Part shown: piece after piece, positions 24,222 to 38,060 of the stretch | How positions within the stretch are numbered: position 1 is the first letter of the stretch | Layout: the number at the start of each line of letters is the position of its first letter | Source: Eledone cirrhosa | Taxonomy: Eukaryota | Direction: 5' to 3' | Assembly (NCBI GenBank): GCA_964016885.1 | Contig: OZ024745.1 | Coordinates: forward strand, 18,972,001-19,036,000 | DNA: 64,000 nucleotides | The notes under the pieces: model-generated | Told to the model about the DNA's origin: nothing | The model's input: only the letters and a program-made list of their open reading frames with translations | Database searches by the model: none | Made by a program: the position numbers and the translations under genes

Positions 24222-24257
<36 letters not shown>

Positions 24258-24409
24258 ACGGAGTGTTTACTTCGAGATTCTGGCGTAATTGTCACTCTTG
24301 TTAGCGAATAACATAATGACTCTATACAGTGTTAAAGAATCCGCCACTCAGTATGAGTTTATTGTGTTTATTATAGAAACAACCTAAACAAACACAAATA
24401 AACACACAT

Positions 24410-24462
<53 letters not shown>

Positions 24463-24681
24463 AAATTATTGATGTATTGTTTTATTGATATTTTTTATCT
24501 GTTTGTCCCGAATCTTCTATTATCGATTTTTTATCGTATGGTTGATTGTAGACTTGTTCTATGTGTGACGGTATTTTAACGATAGTTATAGCTCTGATTC
24601 ATCTGAATTATTGAGCCCTCTGCCGCTCATTTCGAATATTGTTTATCGTGAACTCGTGCGCCGATTTTTCGATACTCGATC

Positions 24682-24726
<45 letters not shown>

Positions 24727-24727
<1 letters not shown>

Positions 24728-27700
24728 TAGCGGAGCTACCCTACTTCGCTCGGTGTTAAAAAGCTTATTTAGAAAACAATAATATTAAAATTTTAATCGT
24801 TATTTAAAAACTTCTCTAATTTAGTTTCTATTTTTTAGATCTTAACATTTATCTTTAAATGACTGAATGACTGATGAATTTAAAGAAAACTCGTTATAAG
24901 AACATTTAATTTATTTTACTGATGTGCTTTTGGATACACAATGTTTTTTGTTTTTCCTTCTGGTGCGTATACGAATAAATCAGAAGGTTTACCGACGCGT
25001 GAGCAAGCCACATACAGCTGTCCATGTGAGAAGCATGGATTTTCTAAATTTAGTCCACACACTTGTAGCGATTGTCCTTGTGCTTTGTTGATAGTCATTG
25101 CAAAGGCGAGTCGCACCGGAAACTGCAAACGTTTGAATTCGAATGGCGTATCTGTCGGAATCATTGGGATGCGTGGCAACAGTCACATCTTCTCCTTTTA
25201 ATTTTCCATTTAAAATTATAGCTTCGATGATATTGTTCATCATCTTTTTCACTGAAAGCCTGGTACCGTTGCAAAGTTGTGGTGGATTGATGTTTCGGAG
25301 AAGGATGATAGGCACGCCAATTTTCAATGTTAAAATGTGCGGTGGCATGCCCGGCAAATCAAGTGAATTCAAGAATTCAGTTGGATAATTGATAATTTCG
25401 TCTTGATTCATTACAGTATCGATGGACTTATACGTTGTCGCTTCGCCTGGTATTTTGTTTTGAATGCTGAAATTAATGGCATTGACATCGTTGTTTTTGG
25501 CTGCTAATATAGCACGTGCATTGAGCCACTGATGATTTTTGTAATGCTGCGCGATATTTGGGAAAACTTTGTGAATCAATTCGTTTCTGGTTGCCGTGAT
25601 TCTACAGAAGTTTGTTGGCAATGTCATACATGTTGTGGATTCATCGATTACCATTTTCCCATTCCCAATATCCAGCAATTGTTTTGTGAAACGTTCAGCG
25701 GATGCATCATTTTGTAGTTGTACACGCATATTGGTTTTTAAAGTTAATTTCTGTACGTGTCGCCATAAAACTGATGATTTGAGACATGCATTAAGCTCAT
25801 CAGCGGGTGTTGATCGCAGTATAACTGGTAGAGTTTGTCGAAAATCACCAGACAGTAAAATGAGTGTGCCACCGAAGAGCTGTTCATTTCCTTTCAAATC
25901 TTTTAGTGTGTTATTAAGCGCTTCCAATGATTTTTTGTGCGCCATAGTACATTCGTCCCATATAATGATTTGACATGATTGGAGTACTTTACCTATACCA
26001 GAATTTTTGGTGATATTGCATGTTGGTGTCTCAGTGATTTGCATATTCAATGGCAATTTCAGTGCTGAATGTGCAGTTCGGCCACAATCCAAAAGAGTTG
26101 CCGCAATTCCAGATGATGCGATTGCCAGTGCAATATTATTTTGTGATCGTATAGTTGCCAAAATAAGTGAAATGAGAAAGGTTTTGCCTGTACCACCGGG
26201 CGCATCTATAAAATACAATCCGCCGCTTTGATTTGTAATTGCCTGCATAATTTTGTCATATACTATGCGTTGTTCTGGTACCAATTTCAGAAGATTCGTT
26301 TGAACAAATGTACCCAATTCGGCGACATCAAAGTTTGTTTCTCGTTGCAAATCACGATCTAAAATGTCGTTTACAGATCGATTCGGCGCAGGCATTCCCA
26401 ATTGTACCAGTGTTTTGTTAGCGATTGCTAAACATATGACCTCAATCGAAACCAATGCTTCATTATACACGATTGGTGTGAATTGAATATTCAGATTTTG
26501 ATTTGTTGCACGCAAACGATGTAGGATATCTTCACTCATGTAGTCTTTGTATTTTTCCCAAAGATCTTTTGGATTTGCTGGGAAGCACGTTGTCAATATT
26601 ATTGCGAATAACGTGCGTATTTGCTGTGGTCGAGCAGTATTCGATGCATCAGCGAGTGAAGTGTCCCAATGTCCATCATTTTCAAGAAGATTTAATTTTT
26701 GGCAAGCTTCACGATAAGTGGCACATACTTGACCGTTTACTGTTCTCAATTCTTGGAATGATGTCGGTCCACGTACGTTGATTAACAATAATCGCAAGTA
26801 AAAGCATTCTGCATTATTTGGGTGAACAGTGTACAAACGGCCTAACGCGTCGGTCGAATATAAATTGGGATGTCCTTCAACTACTTTACCCTGTTTGCGA
26901 CGTTTAAACTTTTTCGTTGATGTATTCCATGTGTAATATGTTGGCACTTCAGAATAAAGTAGTGTCTTTGCAAACACATCTTCACTGCACAATGAGAAAA
27001 ATGCAGTTAACGTTGTTGGCGGTGGTGTCAATGCCCTTGCACGTATATTTTCAGTTGTGAAGTATACGCGCTGTCCATTTTCAAGGTGCACCGCCAAATG
27101 AACAACTGTTGGATGTCGATAATGGATTGGAAATGATAAAATGCGCCATACTGCTTCATTACTACTAATGTAGCGTCCCAGTTGGTATTGGTCGATTTCA
27201 TCGATAGGTGTAGTTGCATTGCACACTCCAAAAACTGTCATATCGCTTCCTTTGTTGATATATTTGCAAATGTACTTGATCGCTTTCACCGAATTGCAAT
27301 ATTCGACATTGATGTGTGCTTTGAACGTCTTTGAGAGTAACGGTGAATATGGTACAACCCAACGATTATCGACTTCAACATAATTGTTTCGTACTTTTAA
27401 AGTGATGGATTTGCCGCCATCTTCAGTTGCTCGTCGACGATAGAGTGGATATCCGACATTGCCAGTGATAGTCTCGGCAACTAAGTCTCTTGGGTATTGT
27501 TTCGTGCATTTCCCATCAGACATGCATGGTGAATTGTTGTTGAGTAAGCCACATGGACCATGAATCATGTTTTTAGTGACGACTTCAAATAAGTCTGGAT
27601 CAACGTCGACATCTGGTATTTCTGCTGAGATGATTTGATCAATTTGATCTGGTGTGACTTTTTCAATTAACCAAATCAAAATGTGTGCATGTGGCAATCC

Positions 27701-28870
27701 TCTTTTTTGCCATTCAATGGAAAACATCCAACAGCGTGTCTCTCCAAAAACATGATGCTTGACAATTAAATCCGTTAAAGATTTCAATTTTTGTTTGAAC
27801 ACGCGCGCTGTAATATCATGACGATCCGAAGACGATTGACCAGGTAACAAAAGTTCTTTAATTTCATCCCACGTAGGATTGCATGTGAATGTAATAAAAA
27901 AAATCTGGACGGCTATATGCGCGAACATATGTCATTGCATCTTGTGCGTATTCATGCATGTGCCGTGGGCTCCCTGTAAATGTAGCCGGCAGTATGACCA
28001 TTTTCCCCAATTCATTAGGATTCATATTGCCATCATCAACAATGGCATCACGTAAATGAATGTACTCTTCTGAACGTAGCTTGGTTTGATTCAATCGAAT
28101 GTAGAGGAGTCGTTATGTTTCGATGTTTGCATACATATCGACAATGTATTGATGGAACAATTGTCGACATTTCAAAATATGATTTTCACCGTTTTCACGA
28201 ATCATTAATCTATATGAATAATAATTCATGGCACTGACTTTCTTATTCGTTTCCTCATCTGTTTGTGGATTTCTCAGTTTGATGTTGAAATGATATCCAT
28301 CTTCTCCTTGCCAAAATAAAATCGGATATTGCAAACCATCGTATGACCGATGCGTTTCTGAGACTCGCTGAACATCACCATTTCTGCGGTGAAGAATTAT
28401 ATCGCGCGAGTTAAATTCTTCACCTACAATAACGATCGCCACTTCATCAATTGTTGGTGCATTGTACTGTCTTTGATGTTGGCCAACAGGTGTTTTGTCT
28501 GCTCTAACTACAATTGTGTAGTCATCACTTGGCATTTGTTCAAGTGCAGCTCTGAACAATCGAATTAATTTGTTGTGTTGATTGAATAAAGTTTGTAATG
28601 CAGTAACAATTTCTCGTTTAGTTCCCGTATTGAATTTGCAACGTTGATCTATTTGGTCATCAGTGTTTCCCATGAAATAAATTTGAAGAAATTTGTGATC
28701 TGCGTCCGGCAGTGGTAGTAGTGATCCAGCACAATGATAAATTTGCCCTTGCACTTTGAATGTTGGCATGTAATTCTCGCGCACGATATTTGTTGCACCG
28801 AACGATGTCATTTGGAAACATGAATTGTACTTGCGTATGTTTGCCAAGAAATGTTTAGATTCGCTTGTAA
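24727..28870 (-). mobile_element. Decayed Helitron (RepHel)
   Basis: HUH Rep motifs FITFTCNP, EWQKRGLPHAH and KYICKYINKG; PIF1 helicase motifs DAPGGTGKT, IIWDE, GDFRQ and FAMTINKAQGQ. The 3' end is a GC-rich subterminal segment followed by CTAG-T at 24730-24727. Confidence 0.95.
24916..28847 (-). pseudogene. Helitron Rep/PIF1 helicase split by one stop codon and two frameshifts; N-terminus missing
   Basis: Collinear ORFs 28113-28847, 27864-28094, 24989-27928 and 24916-25179. Confidence 0.92.
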
Positions 28871-29271
28871 TGAAAAATTAAACAAAGAACATGTTATTCA
28901 TATTAATATTGATTTATGCATCTTCATAAAAAAATATATATCTACATATACATATATACACATATACATATATATATACATATACACATATATACATACA
29001 CATACATATATACTATATTTTACAAATTATACTGAGATAAATGCAAACCTACCTCCTTCAGTCCTCTATCATCAGTGTAGAATGATAAAACAGTAAAACA
29101 ATTGTGGAAAAGGATGGTATGGTGGTTACAGTAGAGAAAGATAATTAGGTCAGACCAATGGACAGCAAATGTAAAAGATAATTAGGTCAGACCAATGGAC
29201 AGCAAATTTAAGTACAATAGATTAATATGAAGAACATGTTATTTGTTTAATTTTTCATTGTTTTTCAATGT

Positions 29272-29358
<87 letters not shown>

Positions 29359-29562
29359 GTAAATAAAGAGTTATTCCCCTTCCTTCCTGGACATACATAC
29401 AAACAAACAAACAAACATACATTCATTTTTATATATATATATATATATATGCATTGTGTGTTTAGTCGATCAAATCGACCCCTTTTTATCGAACCTCTAA
29501 TTTACAGGACATAGACACTAGAGTAAACACAGACACCGACAAACATGCACTCACACACACAC

Positions 29563-29610
<48 letters not shown>

Positions 29611-30059
29611 ATATATATATTATTATTATTATTATAAATGTAAGCTATCGCCGTATTTTGAATAAAGAAATTAAAGAAATTATTTAGCCTGATAGTGGGG
29701 TTAAGAACCCTCGGAGAAATGGAAAAAGATGAATATTGACGTACATGGGAGTCGAACCCACATCTGTAGCCTTTTTAGAGAATTTTATGACAAGCATTAT
29801 GAGAATTTTATGAAAGCCCCCCCCCCCCCTTTTTTTTTAAGTAAAAAGAAATGCAAACACACAACACACACACACAAGCACACAAATAAACATACTTATC
29901 TTTACTTTCTTTATTTCAATAGAAAATCTGAATTCTGACAGCCCACCGAACTAACCATATTCACTGAACCAGAACAATTCTCCTATCCCATTTCTCTTGA
30001 CCATTATCTTTTGCTTGTCATAAAATTCTCTAAAAAGGCTACCGAATAGATTTCCAAAT

Positions 30060-30300
30060 AAGGGCGCGAAATTTAATGAAAACTTGTTCACGTGACAGCC
30101 ATAATTTCATTTATAACCAATCAAAAAAGAAATTCAAACACTCATATATGAAAAAACAACCTGAGCCCCCCCCCCCCCCCTTGTTTGAAGAACTTTGTAA
30201 AGCGAACTGGCGCGAAATTTATTATAATTATTGACCAGCCAATCAAATTAGTGCTCTAAAAACCTGGCTTTTCGAGCCACTTTTTTCCATATAAAACAAG
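30060..30300. promoter_or_regulatory. Candidate E2F/CCAAT (cell-cycle-type) promoter
   Basis: Two GGCGCGAAATTT sites (~30063, ~30209), each followed by CCAATCA (~30117, ~30239), plus CACGTG and TTTGAA/TTCAAA motifs. Confidence 0.45.
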
Positions 30301-30322
30301 TAACATTCAAAGACCAACCAGA

Positions 30323-30510
30323 TGTGAGAAAAACCACAGACCCTCCATCTCAACTCTACTTTTGAAAAGCAGAAGAACTGCGAAACCAAATAAATATATA
30401 TATATTTTTTTTAAATAAGACTCCAGTTGCATTTTCGATTTCATCTTTTTTTCTTTATACTTTCTCTCGGTTATTTTTCATTCTGTAAAAAAAAACCTCA
30501 CTTTCTAATA
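30323..30510 (+). mobile_element. HHR-family element with a deletion through the cleavage site; copy of 51222-51441
   Basis: TTGAAAA-GCAG aagaa CTGC-GAAA-CC, then about 12 nt missing relative to the 51.2-kb copy. Confidence 0.75.
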
Positions 30511-32466
30511 TATATATATATATATATATTATTACTATTGATGTTGTTGTTGATGTTATACAAAGAAAAAGTGGTATTAATTTGGACAGTAATTCATCTC
30601 CTCGTGTGTGTGTGTGCGCACGCTTATTTTTTTTATTATTTGAATTCTTCCTATAAAAAGAAACTAACTTCTAATAAAAGCAACAAAACTCCTACACAAC
30701 AACAGGCATAAATGGTATGTTTAATTTTAGAAATGTCTTATATGAGTTATATTGTTCCACTTACAGGCAGTATTTGCTGATTACTTTCTTTGCCTAGAAA
30801 TTTCAGATTTCTAAGATTACCACGTATATACTTGGTAACGTAACCAAGTGCACAACTGATTATATAGAGGGGAAGTTATAATCTGTGTATGCATATATAT
30901 ATAGGTACCTCCCTATATATGTTGGTGTGGTTGTTTCTATGTATGTATGTTTATTCATTTGTATGCATGTATGTGTATGTATGCATGCATGTGTGTATAT
31001 ATGTATGTTTGTTTGTGTGTATGTACGTATGCGTATATATGTATGTATGTGTGTGCATGTTTGTTTGTGAGTATATATGTACGTATGTACGTATGTATGT
31101 ATGTATGCACAGATACATATGTAAATATGTGAGTGTTTCTGAATGTGTGTACTCCGATTAACATCATGTTTTCCCGCTGTCATTTACAATGCATCAAAGA
31201 TTCGATCTAGATATTGATTTTACCTTTAATCAGTTTCCTTTAACCCATTAACGATATTGAAATATTGATACTGAGTTTATCTAGTTATCGATCTCTCCAT
31301 ATTCAGAGCACAATATTTTGCTTCATTTCGATTTCTAACACTGATCTGAAATATTGATTTATTTTTCAAGACCTAAGGTGCGAGATTGTAATTCTGGTTA
31401 ATAAGTTCGTTTCGGAATCACCTGAATCTCACTACACGATGATTTTAGGGTTTTTTTCTACCTTAACTTAAGGTCAACCAGGGTTTGTAGGTGTTTTTGT
31501 TGTTGTTATTTCTTAGTCAAGAAGGGGTGGAAGTATCTGTGACTCTTTTTCATGCCTTCTGAGACTGGTAGAAGAGAAGGTATCTCAAACCAGAGAACGA
31601 GTATAGATGCACGGAGTAGACTTCATTAAATATACATTATGGGGCATGTAGGCGGATTACGTGTACATAAGGCGCAGGCTGAGTATTAAATGTACATTAG
31701 GGGCAGGTAGGAGTGTTAAATGCATGTAAAGGGCAGGTAAGGTTTTAAACTGGGGAACCGACTAAGTTTACCAACCAATGAGAACGCAGCGGAATTTGAA
31801 TGTAAAGAGCCGAAAGATTTGTACATTATTTTTCAACGCCAGAAAAATCTAAGGTGGTGGATTGGCAGTATCGGAATAAGGTCGGATGCCATGCTTTGAC
31901 GCATAGAGTTACGGCCCTTGCCATTCTGAGTTCAAATCCCGCCGAAGTTAACTTTGCCTTTCATCCTTACGGGGTCGATACAATAAAGTACCAGTCATGT
32001 ACTGGGTAATTGCTGACCTTGTGCCAAAAGTAGAATCAATTATTTTTCAACGCCAGAAAGATGAAAGGTAAAGTGGACCTCGAAATGAGAATGCAATGAA
32101 TGAAAATAGATCCTAAAAGCTATGTAAGCTTCTTGCTTGGGTTTAAAACCCACTATATAGGTTATTTGCGTTTCATCCATTCGTGGTCGATATAAAAGTA
32201 CCAGCCAAGAGCTGGGGATCGATTCTTTCTCTATATCTTTTTCATACCTACATCCTCACCTTCCCTATCCTTCTCTGGAAGAAGTATGCTTTATTGAGAC
32301 CTGGGGAGGAGATTGTCTCTGCCAGGTTTAAAGATGCCCTAGAAACGCCCTATGTTGATACAGTGCCCTTACGGCTCCCTTGGGAGTTACGGGACCGTAC
32401 ATACATACATACATACATACATACATACATACATACATACATACATACATACATACATACATACAT

Positions 32467-32979
32467 AGTGGCTGCCAACTCGTTTTCGAGTACGGCCACT
32501 ACTTTATATCCATGTAGGAGAACCCCTACCGATGCGTTGAACGAGTATGACTTTTCAGTCCAGCCTGCAACTTGAAAACTCTGGCACAAACACTACACTT
32601 GTGACAATTATTGACACATAGTGCTGGGCCCATGGTACCATGTGACGACAAGTGCAGAGAGATCTCCAGATATAAAGCAATGCCTGTGCTGTGAAGCTTT
32701 TATAGTGAGCAAAGGCACTGCACAAAGCCAGTCCCACTCTCTTAACCAAGATGATATTTACCAAAAAGAAGAACAAGTCAACATCATTGGATACCATCAG
32801 GGTTGCAGGTGTTATATCAGAGTTTTCCTTCTCCTAGAATTCTGCCTTGACAAAGGCTAAGGAGTCATCTCTCCCAGTGATTTTGGATGGCCATTGACTC
32901 TTAAGAGCTCCTTTGCCCTTTGACAGGTTTTGTTTTAGTCCTGCAGGATGTCCAAAGTCACCTTCCTCACCAAGAAACC

Positions 32980-32980
<1 letters not shown>
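32467..32980 (-). mobile_element. Second, 5'-truncated copy of the 11662-12261 retroposon within (TACA)n
   Basis: Near-identical sequence flanked by (ATAC)n on both sides. Confidence 0.8.
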
Positions 32981-33010
<30 letters not shown>

Positions 33011-33199
33011 CATACATACATACATACATACATACATACATACATACATACATACATACATACATACTATATTCTACGTCTTCATGGCGATTCTCTAATC
33101 GCTATTTCGGAAAATTTCGTGAAATCTGTGTTCTACTGAGGATGCGTCGTATGGCCGAAACAATACTGGGGTTGTCACATCTTAGTGCTGAATTAATAT

Positions 33200-33380
33200 T
33201 TCTTCTTCTTCTTCTTCTTCTTCTTCTTCTTCTTCTTCTTCTTCTTCTTCTTCTTCTTCTTCTTCTTCTTCTTCTTCTTCTTCTTCTTCTTCTTCTTCTC
33301 CTCCTCCTCCCTGAGAGGGTCGTGGTCACAGAGTCCACAAACTTTCCTTCCAACGGGTCATGTCAGACACATCCGTCACC
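33200..33380 (-). mobile_element. RTE-like LINE 3' end with (AAG)n tail; similar copy at 35849-36060
   Basis: Resembles the 3' end of the RTE fragment at 40625-40870 (ACGAC(C/T)CTCTCAGG...GAAGAAG). Confidence 0.55.
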
Positions 33381-35513
33381 AAAATGAATGTATCATTGAA
33401 CAAATATATGACTCCCATCAAATAAATATTTAGTGCTAACTACATTAAATATGTGGGGGCACATTGCTTAATGGTAAATGTCGTTAGTTCGATTCCTGAA
33501 CTGGTTTCTGTGTTATGTTCTTGAGCAAAACACTTCATTTCACGTTGTTCCAATATATCAGAAATAGCTGTGGAGTTAACCCTGTGATAGACTGGCGCCC
33601 TGTCCGTTAGGGAGTCTTGTACACTCAGTAACTTCATGCCACAGAAACCGAGATAAGTACCGGCCAGATTAGCTTCGGAGCTCGAGACAGACTTTACACT
33701 TTTAGACATTAAATATGTTTAATACAGTGGACACTAAATATGTTTAATGCAGTGGACACTTCCGGTCTCCTTGACCCTTGGACCACCTCCCTACTCACCA
33801 CCATTGGCACAAAGTTGGCTACCCGCAGGTGTGAGTCTCACCAGCTGGGATGGCTCTTCGGACGTGTCTCTCTCACCATACTCCGGGGAAACACCTTCTC
33901 TATTCTGTCCCCCGGGACCGCAGGGCGGCCAGCGCGTGGGCTCCCATTTGCTTTTAATAGTGAGAGAGACGGTGGCAGTGAGAGATAGAGAAAATCAACG
34001 CACTTGATAAGTCATATCTTTTGTCATCTACTAATATTCCGAAAATAATAAATTAACAACCGTTTTACATTCAGGTGGCGTAACTGAACTTTTTGTTTTG
34101 TTACGTTTCTTGGGGGGGGGGGGCTTTTTTAATATTTAATGGCGTCACAGTGATTTTTTTACTATTAATAATTGTTTTTACTTTTGGCACAAGGTCAGCA
34201 ATTATATCAGTACATTACTGGTACTTTATTTTATCAACCCCGTAAGGAAGAAAGGCAAAGTTAACCTCGACGGGATTTGAACTCACATCGTAAAGGGACG
34301 TAACTTTCAATAATTTTAAAAAAACAATTAGACTGGGAAATGTTACTTTCCTTATAGTTACTTCCCTTAAATATTGAAATAGAGTTATTTCCCTTCAATA
34401 GTTAACCTTTTATTATTATTCAAATTCGGGCTCGATAAAATAAAGTAGCAGTAATGCACTAGGTAATTGCTGGCCTTGTGCCAAAAGTAGAAACAATTAT
34501 TATTCAAATTCATTTCTTTCTCCTCTTCTAGATTTGTTTATATCTCGTGTGATGAAAGATAAGATGCCGATAGATTTTTATTGTATTTATATATTGTGTA
34601 GTGTGAAGACGTCTGGCTTTGTGGTTAGGATGTTAGACTCACAATCATGAGTTCGGTTCCTGGCGGCACGTTGTCATTAGTTGCAGCAGTCTAATCAGAT
34701 TGAACAAAATAAGTTGTATCTGTAATTCATGTCACGCAGTGTCATGCTGAATCTCCCTGAGAATTACATTAAAGATGCATGTGTCTGTTAGATACTCGCC
34801 CATTTGTGCATGGAATATAATGTGACATAGTATATTACTGGTACTTATTGCATTTATCAGAAAAAATCTTAATATAGTATGAAAAATATTAAATAGGAAC
34901 GGGAAAATATTGAATTGTTTCCTCCTGGAAATTATTATAGAGTTTTCTCCCTTGTAATTTGTTGCAAATTGTTTTTCAATTTCAATTTATGTTTATTTCG
35001 GTGGAGTTGACAGAATCGGTAGATCAGTGGACAATGTACATTGCGTCATTTAGTTCACGGCACCTTATGTCTTGAAAGTGAATCCTTCCGCCGTCAATAG
35101 AATAATAGCAAAATTAACAATATTCAATAATGAGAAAATGGAGAATGGGTAAAGAAGGGCAGATCTGACTGTATAGGAAAGAAGAGGAAAGGACTATAAA
35201 TACCATAAATGTGAGGAAAAAGAGGAGAAAAGCAAGTATTCTAGAACACAGAAGAAAAGGAAGGATGAGGGGGAATGGGTGGTGGGCTCTCTGCCTAGGG
35301 CGGTGTTGGGGCTGCACCCCGCGGACAAAACTGCAAAAGTAAATCTGCGTACAATGTGACAGGGTGGGGGTTTCATACAAAAAGTACACGGATGTAATTA
35401 TTGATGACAAAGGACACGTGACTTTGATAATTGCTTAATCCATTATTGTGAAAGGCATAATGCCGCATAAACTCAATTAAATAAAAGAATCTAATGCATT
35501 ATGTTACATTAAC

Positions 35514-35702
35514 GGGCGGTGGATTGACAGTATCGATAGAGGGTCGGACGCCATGCTTTGCAGCATAGAGTTACGGCCCTTTATGGTCTGAGTTCAAATC
35601 CCGCCGAGGTTAACTTTGCCTTTCATCCTTACGGGGTCGATAAAATAAAGTACCAGTAATACACTGAGATAATTGCTGGCCTTGTGCCTAAAGTAGAAAC
35701 AG
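35514..35702 (+). mobile_element. Full-length tRNA-SINE with 15-bp TSD
   Basis: TTATGTTACATTAAC at 35499-35513 and 35703-35717. Confidence 0.9.
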
Positions 35703-36365
35703 TTATGTTACATTAACATTTAAGACACGTTTTATTCACATATATTACAAATATAATAAAAAATATTTCGTTGACAAAACTTCAATAACAAACTAAGAGA
35801 AATTTCAATAAAATAAAAAATATTCTATCTACTGCTTTTATTGTAACACTTCTTCGTCTTCTTCTTCTTCTTCTTCTTCTTCTTCTTCTTCTTCTTCTTC
35901 TTCTTCTTCTTCTTCTTCTTCTTCTTCTTCTTCTTCACCCGCATATTCTTGAAAGGGTCGTGGGGACAGAGTCCTCAAACACTCCTCCAGAGGGTCCTGT
36001 CAGAAACACCTGTCCCCTATTGATCCCGCTTCATCCCCAAGCAAGACCAGCCAATTTTCTTAACCATTCAAAAAAATTATTTCGTGTATTATCAACGAAT
36101 CTAACCTCAAAACGATTCAGAAATGAATAGCTTTATAGAAAAAAGGAGGGGGAGTATGGAGGAAGACCCTTAGAGTTTCACAGATCTTCACCCTCACACA
36201 TTTGGTAGGAAATAGCTTTTTTTCATAGGTTCTTTTCGTGTGTTATCGATAAATCTGACATCCAAACACACTAACCCTAATCCTAATTCCTAACAATAAC
36301 CTTGAACCTAACCCCTAAACTTAAGACTTAAACCCAACCCTAACCGTAACTCAAGCTTTAACCTT

Positions 36366-36568
36366 TACGAGGGTTAACTGAAAAGTTCATAGGCTGACCA
36401 AGATACTCTCATGGAATGACCAAACAAGGTTTATTTTTCAACATAGTCCCTGGAAAGAAACAATGCAGTTTTTAATAAGAAGAGTTGAAATTAATGTATG
36501 CAAGATTTCACAGCTCTAGCATCACTCCTTCATAATCAGCCTATGAACTTTTCGGCCGATCCTCGTAC
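36366..36568. mobile_element. Mariner-derived MITE; relatives at 36648-36745 and 43670-43752
   Basis: TA-CGAGGG...GAAAAGTTCATAGGCTGA / TCAGCCTATGAACTTTTC...CCTCG-TA. Confidence 0.8.
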
Positions 36569-37193
36569 ATTCACTCAATTATTACTAATTATTTAAAGAT
36601 AAATCATGTTAGATAAACATCATACATGTAGCAGAAATACATCCCTATACGAGAGTAGGATAAAATGTTCATATGAAGAAGTGATGTTAGGGATGTGAAA
36701 TCTGCCTTTATAGTAAGCATATGAACTTTTCAGCCAACCCTCATATATACATCATCTTCATAGATAGATAAAGACTTCTAAAAGCTATACTGTTCTATAT
36801 ATTTTTAGCCAACCAGTGTATTTTAAGCTTAACTCTAACCTTATCCTAACTAATTTACCAAATTGACATTGCAGGACTCATTGGTACGATAACTGAAACA
36901 TATTTCTGGTGATCACAGCTGATATCTAACAACTTTGGTGTGACCAAATACTGGTTGTTCAAAGACACGATTTATTTCTCGACTTTGTTGGTTTTGTTTT
37001 GTCCTGATGACAAGAAAATTAGAAATCATACCAGAATATAGTACACCTGGATATTATACAAGAATATAGAATATCTGAAGATACAATTAATTCTTTATTC
37101 AAAGGCGCAGGTAAAATATTTACCAGTTCAAACAGAGAGAGGTTGTGGTATTTTCTTATTTCTTTTTTTTTTTTTAGCGACTCGAATATGACA

Positions 37194-38060
37194 GCATATT
37201 ACATAAACTTACATATTACATAAACATATGTATCACCTAGCCTTGCATATTACATAAACTTATATATTACATAAACATATGTATCACCTAGCCTTGCATA
37301 TTACATAAACTTACATATTACATAAACATATGTATCACCTAGCCTTGCATATTACATAAACTTACATATTACATAAACATATGTATCACCTAGCCTTGCA
37401 TATTACATAAACTTACATATTACATAAACATATGTATCACCTAGCCTTGCATATTACATAAACTTACATATTACATAAACATATGTATCACCTAGCCTTG
37501 CATATTACATAAACTTACATATTACCTAAACATATGTATCACCTAGCCATGCGTATTACATAAACTTACATATTACATAAACATATGTATCACCTAGCCT
37601 TGCATATTACATAAACTTACATATTACCTAAACATATGTATCACCTAGCCATGCGTATTACATAAACTTACATATTACCTAAACATATGTATCACCTAGC
37701 CTTGCGTATTACATAAACTTACATAAACATATGTATCACCTAGCCTTGCATATTACATAAACTTACATATTACATAAACATATGTATCACCTAGCCTTGC
37801 ATATTACATAAACTTACATATTACGTAAACATATGTATCACCTAGCCTTGCATATTACATAAACTTACATATTACCTAAACATATGTATCACCTAGCCTT
37901 GCGTATTACATAAACTTACATATTACATAAACATATGTATCACCTAGCCTTGCATATTACATAAACTTACATATTACATAAACATATGTATCACCTAGCC
38001 TTGCATATTACATAAACTTACATATTACATAAACATATGTATCACCTTGCCTACATATTA
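37194..38060 (+). repeat. 51-bp minisatellite, ~17 copies
   Basis: Unit GCATATTACATAAACTTACATATTACATAAACATATGTATCACCTAGCCTT. Confidence 0.95.

Noticed and set aside
36270-36362. Interstitial telomere
   Set aside because: Only short, highly degenerate CCCTAA-like units.
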